Assembly: GCA_964016885.1 (NCBI GenBank) | Contig: OZ024740.1 | Coordinates: 267,530,001 to 267,594,000, forward strand | Direction of reading: 5' to 3' | DNA: 64,000 bases | DNA from: Eledone cirrhosa | Taxonomy: Eukaryota | Part shown: piece by piece, positions 12,846-25,386 of the stretch | How the letters are laid out: every line of letters begins with the position of its first letter | Position numbering within the stretch: position 1 is the first letter of the stretch | Position numbers and translations under genes: made by a program | The notes under the pieces: model-generated | Told to the model about the DNA's origin: nothing | Databases searched by the model: none | Seen by the model: the letters and a program-made list of their open reading frames with translations, nothing else

Positions 12846-13347
12846 TGAAGGTAGGCTGAAAAGTTCATAGACTGATTATGAAGGAGTGATGTTAGTGCAG
12901 TGGAATCTTGCATACATTAATTTCAACTCATCTTATTAATAACTGCATTGTTTCTTTCTAGGAACTATGTTGAAAAATAAATCTCATTTGGTCATTCCAT
13001 GAGAGAATCTTGGTTAGCTTATGAAGGAGTGTTGCTTGCGCTGTGAAATCTTGCGGGATTTGAACTCAGTCCGTAAAGGGACGTTAATTAATACATGTGA
13101 ATGCGTGAGCGTGTATATGTTCATGTGAACTTGATCATGTATGTATGTGTGTGTCCATGCATGCATCTTTGTGTATGTGCATGCTTACATGTATATGTGC
13201 ATGTGTGTGTTTATAATACATTATTTTCAACTCATCTTATTAATAATTGCATTGTTTCGTTGTAGGGACTATGTTGAAAAATAAATCTCATTTGGTCATT
13301 CCATGAGAGTATCTTTGTCACTCTTGAACTTTTTAGCTAATCCTCAT
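12846..13347. mobile_element. Mariner-type MITE, internally duplicated and carrying a 166-bp templated insertion
   Basis: Termini resemble 44318-44512 (TGAAGGTAGGCTGAAAAGTTCA ... TGAACTTTTTAGCTAATCCTCA); the internal segment is present twice. Confidence 0.75.
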
Positions 13348-13766
13348 ATGTAAGCAGGAACAGGCAATAGCATTAGAATATCAGATGAAGCACCTCGTAT
13401 TTAGTACAATTCTATGCATTCTGATTGCAAACCTGTGTCTTTCATCTTTCTGTGGTCAATAAATAATGTACCGCTCTAGAGTGATGGATGAGTAGAATTG
13501 TTATAGCATTAAATACGGTGCTTTGCAGTATTTGTTTTAGCTCTATCAGTTCTGAGTTCATGACATGGTCTCCTACTATTGCTCAGTTTAATACCAACAC
13601 CTGATGCTTGGGTGCTTTTTATCAGAGTTAAAAATATCGTAAGCATCTGGGCTATGTCTCCTGTGTGAGGCTATATTCCTCCATACCTGAAAGTCACTGA
13701 AAAGGTTCACAGGCTCTTCTTACTAAGTAATAATTAAAATGTTAGCCATTGCTTAAGCATTTTAAT

Positions 13767-13899
13767 TAATTGTTTCTACTTTTGGCACAAGGCCAGCAAT
13801 TACCCAGTGCATTACTGGTACTTTGTTTTATCGACCCTGTAAGGATGAAAGGCAAAGTTAACCTCGGCGGGATTTGAACTCAGTCCGTAAAGGGACGTT
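13767..13899 (-). mobile_element. SINE family B, 5'-truncated
   Basis: Near-identical to the corresponding part of 43796-43980. Confidence 0.85.
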
Positions 13900-14815
13900 A
13901 ATTAATACATATGAATGCGTGAGCGTGTATATGTTCATGTGAACTTGATCATGTATGTATGTGTGTGTCCATGCATGCATCTGTGTGTGTGTGCATGCTT
14001 ACATGTATATGTGCATGTGTGTGTTTATAATATATCAAGGATATTTTTAATTCTGTAATAATTTCTGTAATAGATGCCTGAAAATATTTACTCATGAAAG
14101 AAAATATTTTTCTTTTCCTTTTTTTTTCATCACTTGTACAGAGGAAAGAGCATTGCCTAAGAGCCTTTATATAATCTCTGGAGAGAGATAGAGAGAAAGA
14201 GAGAGAGAGAGAGGGGCTCTTTAAATCTAGAGTAATGGCTTAAATGCTTCCAACTGAATGGATTCCGCTTGATACATCTAAGGGTTAGACTAGTTGTGGG
14301 CAAACTTCAAACCACACATGGCTCATTTGGCTTTCTGAATGGCATGCCTAATTTCAAAATTGCCTTGAATTTTTTAGTAGTGTGGCCTGCCTTATGATGA
14401 GCCACATTCTATGTAGCTCACTGCTTGAAAAATTTTGCTCATGCCTGGATTAGACAGTAGCATTAAGCCAAGCAATGGATTAAGTTTGTCAGCCATGTAA
14501 GTCATGGCAGGTTTTGAATTCAGAACACAAACAGTCAAAATAAATACTATAAGATTTCATCACATGCTCTAATGCTTTTGCTAATTCACTGTCTTCTTTG
14601 TTTATTATAGATGTTGCTGTTGTTCTTTAGTTCCAAGCCAGGAGTACACCTATGATCAATGGCATTCCAGATATGACTATTGTGTCTTTTATTTAGGCAT
14701 CATGATTTAAAAGTATGTTATTCAATGTAGTATGTAGTCTTAGATATCAGCTTCAGATGATAAGCTGAGATTTAAGGGAAATTTGGTTGCTAATTCTAGC
14801 AGGTTGCTTACTTAA

Positions 14816-15037
14816 CCCTTTAGCATTTAAACCAGCCATATCTGGCCAGAATTCTCTCACCTCTTTCTGTTCAAACTGGCTGTAACTGGCTGCTCATACT
14901 GATGTTAAGGTATTGTTTTTCAAAATAAATAATATCAAAATCTCATAGATTCGATATTATATGAGATAATTATGTGCGATAAAATGTTAACTGTGGAAAT
15001 ATAATAGTATATATAGAGTAATGTAAATGCTAAAGGG
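14816..15037. mobile_element. piggyBac-like (TTAA) MITE
   Basis: TTAA TSD on both sides; perfect 14-bp TIR CCCTTTAGCATTTA / TAAATGCTAAAGGG. Confidence 0.85.
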
Positions 15038-15649
15038 TTAAGTAAAGATTCTTCTGTTGGCCTGTTGTAGTTATTTAACTTTAAGACACCCCTTGCTAAG
15101 CTATCTTATGATTTAAAATATTTCAGTGATGGCAATAATCTTTTTTTCTATGAATCACATTTTTCCTGTGATTGCATTATCTAATGTGTGTGAGTGTGTT
15201 TGCTTTATAAAAGATGGCTGGGTGTGATTTAAAGGAAATTTGACTACTATATCTAACAGGTCAACATAGAAGCTTCTTTGTTGGCTCTTACATTTATAAA
15301 GATGAATTAATGTCAAATATTTGTTAATAAAATGTAAAGGAATAATAAAAAAAGCACCAACAATGAAATAACATTTATATTGAACTATGTAAACTACAGA
15401 AATCCACTGCGGTTGTCATGTGTCTTTAGAAAGTCGTACTTTACTTCAAACATAATTACATCTGAATCCTCAATAAAAATGTTTGTTTTCCACACTCTAT
15501 AATCTCTTCCTACTCACCAGCCAGATTCTCTTCTCTTTTATATAGAACCATTCTAATCTAGTAAATTTCAGTAATGGTTTCTTCATTCAAAATATTCATG
15601 GAAGTATTATGACATCATTTAATCAAAAATGTTATGTAAACATAAATAT

Positions 15650-15847
15650 AAATTGCCAGGTGAAAGGTTCATAGGCTGACAATGAATGGGTGATGCTAAG
15701 GCTGTGAAATCTTGCATATATCAATTTCAACTTTTGTTATTAATAACTGCATTGTTTCTTTCTAGGGACTATGTAGAAAAATAAACCTCATTTTGTCATT
15801 CCATGAGAGTATCTTGGTCAACTTATAAACTTTTCAGCCAACACTTG
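15650..15847. mobile_element. Mariner-type MITE (decayed copy)
   Basis: Colinear with 44318-44512. Confidence 0.7.
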
Positions 15848-16721
15848 TGTATCCCACATCCCCTTACTATGTAATGGTAGGTGGTAAAATCCAGTGGAAT
15901 GAGAACTTTCAATCCTTTCATTTATGTATTTGTATGCGTAAGTTTGTCTTTTATTGTGGACTCAGTTTGGTCAAATAATTAATAAGTTTGATTCTCTATT
16001 ATTAACACTAAGTAGCAGAAAAACCACCCTTTGGGTGGTTTTCTGCTAACATGTGTAGTATGCATATTGATATTATATGCAAATATATATGCATTAGATA
16101 TGATACATCAAATAAAACCGTAATTGACAATATGCACAGAAATTGAAGAGAGACTGTGTTACACTCTCTTCTGTAATCAGTAAAGTAATCGATGATACAT
16201 TTAAAAAAGATGATATTATATATAAACTGCATTACAGTGAAATGTAATGAAAATGAAAAAGGAGCAATGGAAATATAAACGTTATGATATAACGATGCAA
16301 ATATATGAACATTTATATAAACTATATGATATAGCTAATGGACGCTAATTGGAAGTGTAGATATTTGAAAATTTTTGAAAGAAGTGAATCTTAAAATAAG
16401 TAATCATTATATATAAGAATATTTATGTTTAATCAACAGCTTCAAAATTTAGTAGATAAATTATGTAATATTCATTCATTATTTATTTAAAGTACCAGTA
16501 ATGTACTGGATAACTGCTGGCCTTGTGCCTAAATTAGAAACAATTATTTATTTAAAGTAAACTAACTTATTTTACTAACGGGATTAAAAAATATATCAGG
16601 ACACAGTCCCTTTATTATATTCTGATTTGGTTTGTTTGGTTCTTCTTTGTTTTCTATTAATTTTTGGAATATATATACTCAATAAAACCCTATTAGTTTT
16701 AAAAACTCCCAACATACTGAC

Positions 16722-17090
16722 TTTATGTATCTCATCATCAGAGTGGATCAAATAGTTATAGTGAAACACCTGACACATACCAAGAGAGTCAACAGAACTG
16801 TAAATGATGGTATTATGGTTGTTTAGCTGCTGGCCATTCTTGATCCAAAAGTATTTTGATAAAAGGGATTTCAGCCATAACCATTCTGTCTTTTTCATGT
16901 GTGAGGAAACTATGATCACATTAACCAATGCGTTATTTTCTAAGATGGTAGGATGCAATTTGAGGGAGATTTTACAGCCATTTCTAGCAGTGAGAGTGAC
17001 CACATAAGGTTCCCTTGTTGGCTTGTAAATAGGTATCCCTGACTGGTACATTACTAATGAAATCATTGTATAATTAAACTGCTTCTGGTT
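16722..17090 (-). CDS. Candidate internal coding exon of an unidentified host gene (123 codons)
   Basis: Non-repetitive open frame NQKQFNYTMISLVMYQSG...YLIHSDDEIHK bounded by acceptor TTGTTTTGTTTCATAG and donor AAA|GTCAGT; 369 nt, phase 0-0. An alternative donor TTG|GTATGT would end the exon at 16781. Product not recognised. Confidence 0.6.
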
Positions 17091-17207
17091 CTATGAAACA
17101 AAACAACACCTTTTAAAAGGATCTGATTTAAATTAAAATATTCTAACAATTTTAAACAAAAGTTTTTTGTTAAATTGTGTTAGAAATGCCAGCTTAATAA
17201 CGAAATA

Positions 17208-17365
17208 CCATATATTCTCAAATATAAGTTAACCATCCCTATCTTATGCCTGAGAAACTGGTAAAAGTCCAAACTCCATATATTAGCTGAGGTAGATAAC
17301 CAAAACATTGCCCCACATCAATTTTTTGGTCACATATTCCTCGGCTTAAATTTGAGTATATATGG
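17208..17365. mobile_element. Tc2/pogo-like MITE
   Basis: TA|CCATATATTCTCAAATATAAG ... CTTAAATTTGAGTATATATGG|TA. Confidence 0.75.
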
Positions 17366-18132
17366 TAATTAATAATTTTAGGAAATGCCTCAAAATTCTT
17401 CATTAATTGAATTGAATACATTAGAAATATGGTCCCAAAAGAGTTAATGGATGTTTTATAAAGATCCTGTAAATCTGAGTTCAAGCCATCCTTAGGACAT
17501 TAGAAGGCAATCTAAGTAATACAAATATGAAATTTCAGATCATAGTACTAAGTCAACTTTAGGAAACAAGTCAACTAGTTCTGGTTATGACTTTCATGCT
17601 GTGGAAGAAATCATACAGCTACAGAAACAATATCATATACTAGCATTATTAATATAATTGTGTAAAACTGATATATTTATAAGATATTTCCAAATCATAA
17701 AAAAATATTCTTAATATGAACAAACCAGCAATGGTTTTTTAAAACAGATTTTTATAAATTGTAATAAATGGATTAATAGATATTAATAAATTTTAATAAA
17801 TAACTTAATGGATATTAAATCTAATAAATTGTAATAAATTTCTTTTAATATAATCTAAGAATCTTAACCTTTTAATCCACTCATTTCAATATTTCCAATG
17901 AAAGGTATTAATATTTTCAAATATTGAAAATAATCAGAAATTTGAATGGAGTAAGTAATATAACTAACTTTCTCATTGTGAAACTGGTGTTTGGGATATG
18001 GGTTAACAGAGGTTGTTACCTAAATCTATGATGAAAGATTTTTAGATAGATATCACATTTTCAAAATAAATAATTATTTCATTGAACTAGCAGCAGCTTT
18101 AGGCAACTTGGTATCAAAGGGTTAAAGATACT

Positions 18133-18365
18133 GAAGGTGTGTGGCTTAGTGGTTAGAGAAGTGGATTCACAATCATGAGGTTGTGAGTTTGATTCCCAAG
18201 AAATGCGTTATGTCCTTGAGCATTTTATTTCATGCTGCTTTTTTGTCAGGAGTTGCAACTGGTAGATAGTATCAGCAATGGAAAGACCAATGGAAATATT
18301 GTTTCCTTGGTCTTATTTGAAAAGTCTCACTCAGTAAGAAAATGAGGTCTGAACCTTGTTAATTG
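18133..18365 (+). mobile_element. CORE-type SINE
   Basis: TGGCTTAGTGG A box; colinear with 2248-2500. Confidence 0.75.
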
Positions 18366-18761
18366 TTTAAAGAAAAATGATACTTTATGTAGAAAACTTT
18401 AATATAAAAGTTTCTTCATGCATCATGATAAAATACACTTGTTATAGCAACAGATCATATGTAAGCTATATGCACGTCCCCAGCATATCTGAGAGGTCAG
18501 AATCCCTGCTTCAATATACAGTCTGTGAAGACACATGAAACTCATGTTATCAGGGAAAATGGACATGAAATGAGAATGATGATGATGTGTATTGTTCACA
18601 TATATAATTCTGTTATATATTTATTATGCAAATTCATTTTGTCACTATAAATCTTGTTACTTGGTTCATTATTCATGTGAGATCTTTTGTAATATTACCT
18701 CAGTTGCAAACTCCAGAGAAAGTCACACACACATACACACACACACATATATATATAGAAT

Positions 18762-18916
18762 TAGAATTGTTTCATTTGTAAGAAATCATCTTGGTGATTT
18801 CTTACAAATGAAAAAGTTCTAGTCCTGGAGAAATCTATTCTCTAAAATAAGGATGCTAACGTATTGAGTAGTTTTTTAAACTGTGGTCACCTCCAAATAT
18901 ATATAAGGAATCCACC

Positions 18917-18920
<4 letters not shown>
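18762..18920 (+). mobile_element. Decayed hammerhead-bearing Penelope/retrozyme-like insert with 5' inverted duplication
   Basis: Homologous to the reverse complement of 21683-21811; 18762-18821 is a palindrome; core degraded (TTGGTGA...GAAA...GGA). Confidence 0.6.
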
Positions 18921-18966
<46 letters not shown>

Positions 18967-20469
18967 ATGTGTGAGATCCTTGGTAGAGTTAGATATATTT
19001 GGAAAAAAAGGAAAAGAATGACATCACTTGTTTCTATATCAATTTAATTTTATAATTTTACAATTTTATAGTTTTATAATTTTGCTATGTAGATCTAGTA
19101 AAATTACAAAATGATATAGTTGTAAAATTATAAAATTAAATTGTTATTGAATACCAGCTACAAGTAAAGTCATTCTTTTCCTTTTTTCATATATATATAT
19201 ATTTATATATATATATATATACGAGAGAGAGGGAGAGAGAAGGAAAGTGAGACTATCGGCTATAATAGTATCATCTTTTAGTTCAACTGTCAGTTGACAA
19301 GTTAAAGATCACTTGTAATAACAATTGTTAATAAGGTCCAGTATTCTTGTTTCTATTTCTCTCTTTCTCTCATATTTCTCCATTCTCAATGGTCTGCAAT
19401 GAACTATTTCTATGGTTCAACAGCACAGGATATCAAGTTGTGGTATTAAGATATTGTAAATTATTTCCCACAAGAGGATATAATTATTAAAAGATGGGAA
19501 CAGAATAAAGAATGTGGAGTGGGGAATGTAAAATAAATGGAAACAAAATTATAACTAAGAAATTAAAAGAAATATAAAAAATAAAAAAAAGGAGGTACAT
19601 AAATAATGTATGATTTTGAATAAATATTCTTTCATATTTCCATCATACTTCAACTAAATACAAATATGTCACACACATGTGTATACATAAAAATGTATAC
19701 ACAAACAGATGCACATTGACACTGAAACACATACACAGACAAATACATTTATACATAAGCAAATCCCAATGAGAGAAATACTATTGAATCTCTCGATGAT
19801 AAAAATATATCGTTGGAATCATTTCCATCTTAAAAGGCTATTTAATTCTTAAAGGATATCATCACCATTCTCAAAGATTTAATTGAGGAACCAGAAATTA
19901 CTATTGATCAGAATATTAAACATCGTAAATGCAAGAAATCAATATGTAATTTTCATAACTAAAACTTCTTTCTTGCATTTTTAAATATCCCAAAACAAAA
20001 CAAAAAGACAATTAAAAATAGCAAAACAAATACTCATTGAAATACAAGTTCTACACAGCAGTATCATGTATATAGTATTGCTAATACTGTATATATGTCG
20101 TTACAGCTCACACCTACGTAGGTTTAGCTGATCTACTATGAGATGCAAGATTTCTCGGGTGTTTTAATGATTGGGAGCCCCAGGTCATATCATGAAAAGC
20201 ATCCTGAAATGAAATGCCTTACCCAAAAACATGAAGCACCATCCAATCCAGTAATCGAGCCCATGACCTTATGATCATGCATCCAACACCTTAACATGAC
20301 CATGGCTAAAGAAAGCTTTCTCAAATAACTACTCCTCACAAAGGAGATGATAAAGGAAAAAGCAAGTGAAGGGATGCTGTACTTGAGAGGACCTGTCTAA
20401 AGAATGTAAAACCAATGATAATGATGATTATTAGAAAATGATTATTCAGTTCACTATTGCTATACAAAG

Positions 20470-20635
20470 TTTCTTTCCATTGCTGATACTATCTACTGGT
20501 TGCAACTCCTGGCAGAAAGAGTAAAATGAAATAAATTGTTTTGCTGAAGGACATAACACATCGCCCTATCCCGGAATGAAACTCATAACCTCATGATTGC
20601 AAATCCATTTCTCTAACCACTAGGCTACATGCCTT
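20470..20635 (-). mobile_element. CORE-type SINE (partial)
   Basis: Reverse-complement match to 2248/18133 copies. Confidence 0.65.
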
Positions 20636-21610
20636 TGACCCTTCCAATTAATATAAAGTTTACTTTGTGAAGTTTTCTCCCATTTGCACACATTGACATT
20701 TATCACCTGTAAACTTTTTTATCACTTAGCTAGAACAAGAGCAGTAACTTTTCAAGATTTTTAGAACTTCCAAAACTGGTAGGTGAGAGGAAAATATCTT
20801 CAAACCAGAAACTTGGCTTGTGTGTTTGCTATGTTTGTAATAGAGGGGAGTCTGCTAAAGGCACTCAAGGACCAGGGGTGGGTTTAGAATTTTTAATCAT
20901 CAAGTTACTACTATATAAACCTTGATATGAGAAGAAAAGAAAGCAACTGCATAACTTGGCACAATTCAACATTACATCTAAGAGATGAATGGCATTTTGA
21001 AACAAAAATCAACCTGGTAACTCTTGTCATGAACAGCACAGCACATCTATGATAGCCTTTTCTTATCCTAGGGTGTAGGATGTGGAACATTGCATATATC
21101 TTAAAATATCAAGGAGCTGTTTGAGGGAGGAATTTTTAGCACTAGAAATTAGCAGGTCTTTGTAGAATTAAAAATAGAAGCTCCCTTATTGGCTAACTCA
21201 CTTAATCTATTACGGAGCCTGAAAGTAATAAGACATTATTTAAAAAAAGAAACAAGGAATGGCTCCCTAATTCCTTCTCACATAGCTCAATGATCAGGCA
21301 ATAAGGCTACCTATAAAAAGCAGGTAACTTAAAGTATCAGTTTCTAAAAGTACCTATCACTTCCAAACATATATAGAGTCACTCACTCACTCACATTCCT
21401 TAATCCCATCAACCAAACCTAACAACAAACACAAGGTAAGAAGTAGTAAGTAGAGTGGGTGGATAGAAAGATCAAGTGAGGTGCTCTTATAGCATTAGCA
21501 TTGTATTTAGATATGAAAACTGTTTAGCCTGGAACTGAAGCTGCTGACAGTTCACAGATGCCAAATCTGGCCTAATGCCATTTCAAACAGGAGCAACATA
21601 CATGAGCATA

Positions 21611-21683
<73 letters not shown>

Positions 21684-21759
21684 AGTTATTCCGGGTTCAA
21701 TCGGGGCTAACCACAGTAAGTAAGGTACTCAATAGATAGCAGAGTATAAATGTTTTAAT

Positions 21760-21824
21760 ATAGAAAAGCTTCTACAGGACTAGAACTGTTTCATTCGTGA
21801 GAAATCATCAGGAAGCTTTTCTAT
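21760..21824 (-). ncRNA. Type I hammerhead ribozyme motif
   Basis: Minus strand: AUAGAAAAGCUUC-CUGAUGA-U UUC UCAC GAA U-GAAA-CAG UUCUAGUC CUG-UA-GAAGCUUUUCUAU. Perfect 13-bp helix I, intact core, GUA cleavage triplet at 21775-21773. Confidence 0.8.
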
Positions 21825-22120
21825 GGCATTTGTTTATCGTAAATTCGTGAGCTGATTTTCCGATACTCGATTATTCTATTATATATATATATATATATAT
21901 ATACAGAGAGAGAGAGATTTGAAAGAGTTGAAGTCAGTGTTGAGGCATATGTACAAACTTTATTTGCCTATTACAATTGTTTCAATATGATGGGGGCCCT
22001 GACTCTTTTTCGACATCTCAGATATGTGCAAAGAAACATCTAAAGTGTTGACAGATATCTGGAGATCTGTTTATATACTTATTGGTAGGTTTCAGGGGGA
22101 TACACATAAACGTGTGTGTA

Positions 22121-22450
22121 TCATCATCATCATCATTTCATTTTACGTCCGCTTTTTCCCTGCTTGCAAGGGTGGGACGGGAACTGATTCTGGCTTGATT
22201 TCTACAGCTGTATGCCCTTCCTAACACCAACCTCATTTACAGTGAGTGCTGGGTGCTTTTTTGCTGTGGCACCTCTATGACCACTTTGCAGTGGAATGAT
22301 ATGGAGCCCAGTCCCTATCATCTCATTTCTACAGCTGAGTAAACTGGAGCAATGTGAAATAAAGTGTCTTGCTCAAGGAAACAACACATCACCTGGTCAC
22401 AACCTTTCAATTGCAAGGCCAATGCTCTAACCACTAAGCCATGTGCCTCC
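22121..22450 (-). mobile_element. CORE-type SINE with RTE-like 3' tail and (GAT)n end
   Basis: A box TGGCTTAGTGG, CORE-like CCTTGAGCAAGACACTTTA, tail GGTGTTAGGAAGGGCAT...GGACGTAAAAT(GAT)n shared with the RTE 3' UTR. Confidence 0.85.
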
Positions 22451-22587
22451 ATATATATATATACATATATATACATATATATACATACATACATATACAT
22501 ATATATACATACATACATATGCATACATACATATATATACATACATACATACACATAAATACATACATACATATATATATGAATATA

Positions 22588-22643
<56 letters not shown>

Positions 22644-22814
22644 TATGAATATAAATATAAATATATGTATATATATATATAAATATATATAAATATATGA
22701 ATATATATAAATATATGAATATATATATATATATAAATATATGAATATATATATATATATATGAATATATGAATATATATATAAATATATGAATATATAT
22801 ATAAATATAAATAT

Positions 22815-24702
22815 ATCATCATCATCATCATCATCATCAGGTTTAGCGTCCGTGTTCCACGCTTGCATGGGTTTGGACGGGGGTTTTCCCACTTGAGGCA
22901 AGAGTGGTTGTCTTGCTCGCATAGGACTGTCTGGCGGGTTTTCTACAGTTGGATGCCCTTCCTAACACCAACCACATTTACAGTGTGGGGCTGGGAGGTT
23001 TTTACCGTGTTGCCTACACGGCCACATTACAGCGTGGACTGTCTGGCGGGTTTTCTACAGCTGGATGCCCTTCCTAACACCAACCACATTTACAGTGTGG
23101 GGCTGGGAGGTTTTTACCGTGTTGCCTACACGGCCACATTTACAGCGTGGACTGTGTGTTTTTTGTCGTGACACCTACACGATCTCATTTGTTTCGGCCT
23201 GGATGTTGTGGGACCAACATAACTTTACATTGAAAGGGGCGGTGTGGGTGGGGTGGAGGGTGGTGGGACGGGGGTGTGTTTTGATAGAGATGCCTACTGA
23301 CTGTAGTAGGTTTTTACTTTGTATTTAGGTAAGGCGGGTCTTCTCTATTACTGAGTACCGCCAAAGGTCTCGGTCCAGTGACATTGTCTTGGAGAGGTGT
23401 AAGCGTGTGAGGTCGGAATTTATCAGCTCGTCCCATGTTTTTCTGGGTCTGCCTACTCCGTGGCTACCGTCTATCTTTATTGCCCTGCACTTTGTTATAC
23501 AGCTGTCGTCTTTCATGCGCATCACGTGACCGTACCAACGTAGCCTTCTCTCGAGTAAACAACATCTGATCCCTCTTATTTCTAATTTTTTCCTTAGTTC
23601 GTTTATGCTTTGCCGTTCACGTATATTACTATTGCACATCCAGCGGAGCATGCAAGCTTCGTTCCTCTCTAGTCTGCGTATATCCTCTGCACACAATGCC
23701 CAGGTCTCACTGCCATGCAGCATTGCTGTTCGTATGCAGGCATCGTATAACCTGCCTTTCATTTTTAGGGAGAACCCTCTAGCGGCTAATAGTGGTATAA
23801 GCTCTCTGAACTTTTTCCATCCAGTTCTGACTCTAGCTACTGTACTTTCAGAGCACCCTCCCCCACTGCTGATTTTGTCACCCAGATAACGGAAGCTGTC
23901 CACTATTTCTATAGAACCCTCTGCGCAGTTGAAGGAGCTAGTATTTTGTGGGCACTTGCTGCTACTTATTGCACCAGAGCACCGGCCACATGTAAAATCT
24001 ATGTTCTTAGTTAGCTTACCTGTGATCCCACTACATCTTTTATGCACCCATACTTTGCATTTGGGACATAAAATGGAGTTTCTACCTACGCCTTTCCTAC
24101 ACACTGAGCATGGCCATTTCCCCGATGGGACCGCCGCCTTATTTTCTTTCCTACAAACTAGAACTTTAGTCTTAGCCAGGTTAATTTTAAGGCCTTTTGA
24201 TTCTAGGCCGTGCTTCCACGTTTGGAATTTCTTCTCTAGTTCGGTCATTGATTCAGCTATGAGCGTTAGATCATCTGCGTATAGGAGTTCCCATGGGCAG
24301 CCGGTCTTGAACTCCTCTGTTATAGCCTGAAGGGCAATAATAAATAGTAGGGGGCTAAGAACAGAGCCCTGATGGACACCAACTTTTACGCTAAACTCTT
24401 CACTATATTCGTTGTTAATTCTAACCTTACTGACTGTTTCTTTATACATGGCTTGTATAGCTCTCACAAGCCATTCGTCAACACCTAGTTTTCTAAGAGA
24501 CCACCAGATAATGGAACGGGGGACTCTGTCGAAGGCTTTCTCCAAGTCGACGAAAGCTAAGTATAGGGGTTTACTTTTAGCTAGGTACTTCTCCTGTAGT
24601 TGTCGTACAATGAAAAGAGCGTCTGTGGTACTTTTGCCTGACACAAACCCGAACTGCATTTCATCTAGATCAATTCTCTCTCTGATTAGTTGCGCTATTA
24701 CT
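22815..24702 (-). mobile_element. RTE-clade LINE, 5'-truncated (~1.9 kb), young
   Basis: Uninterrupted RT frame; 3' UTR with a duplicated ~113-bp unit; (GAT)n tail; highly similar to 53003-55005. Confidence 0.95.
23325..24659 (-). CDS. RTE reverse transcriptase (partial ORF, no endonuclease) with inserted PHD-type finger
   Basis: Motifs [58 protein letters not shown]. The ORF start is an internal Met of a truncated element. Confidence 0.92.
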   Translation of the reverse strand: MQFGFVSGKSTTDALFIVRQLQEKYLAKSKPLYLAFVDLEKAFDRVPRSIIWWSLRKLGVDEWLVRAIQAMYKETVSKVRINNEYSEEFSVKVGVHQGSVLSPLLFIIALQAITEEFKTGCPWELLYADDLTLIAESMTELEKKFQTWKHGLESKGLKINLAKTKVLVCRKENKAAVPSGKWPCSVCRKGVGRNSILCPKCKVWVHKRCSGITGKLTKNIDFTCGRCSGAISSSKCPQNTSSFNCAEGSIEIVDSFRYLGDKISSGGGCSESTVARVRTGWKKFRELIPLLAARGFSLKMKGRLYDACIRTAMLHGSETWALCAEDIRRLERNEACMLRWMCNSNIRERQSINELRKKLEIRGIRCCLLERRLRWYGHVMRMKDDSCITKCRAIKIDGSHGVGRPRKTWDELINSDLTRLHLSKTMSLDRDLWRYSVIEKTRLT

Positions 24703-24905
24703 GTATATATATAAATATATATAAATATATGAATATATATAAATATATGAATATATATATATATATATATGAATATATATATATAAATATATGAATATAT
24801 ATATATATATATAAATATATGAATATATATATATAAATATATGAATATATATATATAAATATATGAATATATATATATAAATATATGAATATATATATAT
24901 ATATA

Positions 24906-24939
<34 letters not shown>

Positions 24940-25222
24940 TATATGAATCATCATCACCGTTTTACGTCCGTTCTTCCATGCTAGCATGGGTTAGACGTAT
25001 ATATATATATGAATATATAAACTATATATATGTGTTTGTGTCTATATTATATCTGTATTTTTGACCGTTGGTCAGTCAATGGCAACATTGAGGACCGAAT
25101 AAATTAGATTACCGATATAAAAGGCACAGAAGCGAAAAGCGAAAACCAACCAAACAGTGAGAGTGTTCCGTTATTAATTCTGGCAATATTACACAAATAT
25201 GACCCTCCCCAAGTATAACAAT

Positions 25223-25255
<33 letters not shown>

Positions 25256-25280
25256 GAATATATATATATATATGAATATA

Positions 25281-25329
<49 letters not shown>

Positions 25330-25348
25330 ATATGAATATATATATATA

Positions 25349-25386
<38 letters not shown>

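Noticed and set aside
15518-15557. Possible 40-nt minus-strand exon ending CTG|GTGAGT
   Set aside because: Good donor but the acceptor lacks a pyrimidine tract.
17239-17484. 81-aa ORF next to the candidate exon
   Set aside because: Half of it lies within a Tc2/pogo-like MITE.
23605-24714. Plus-strand ORFs overlapping the RT
   Set aside because: Antisense shadows of the RTE ORF, with no independent evidence.
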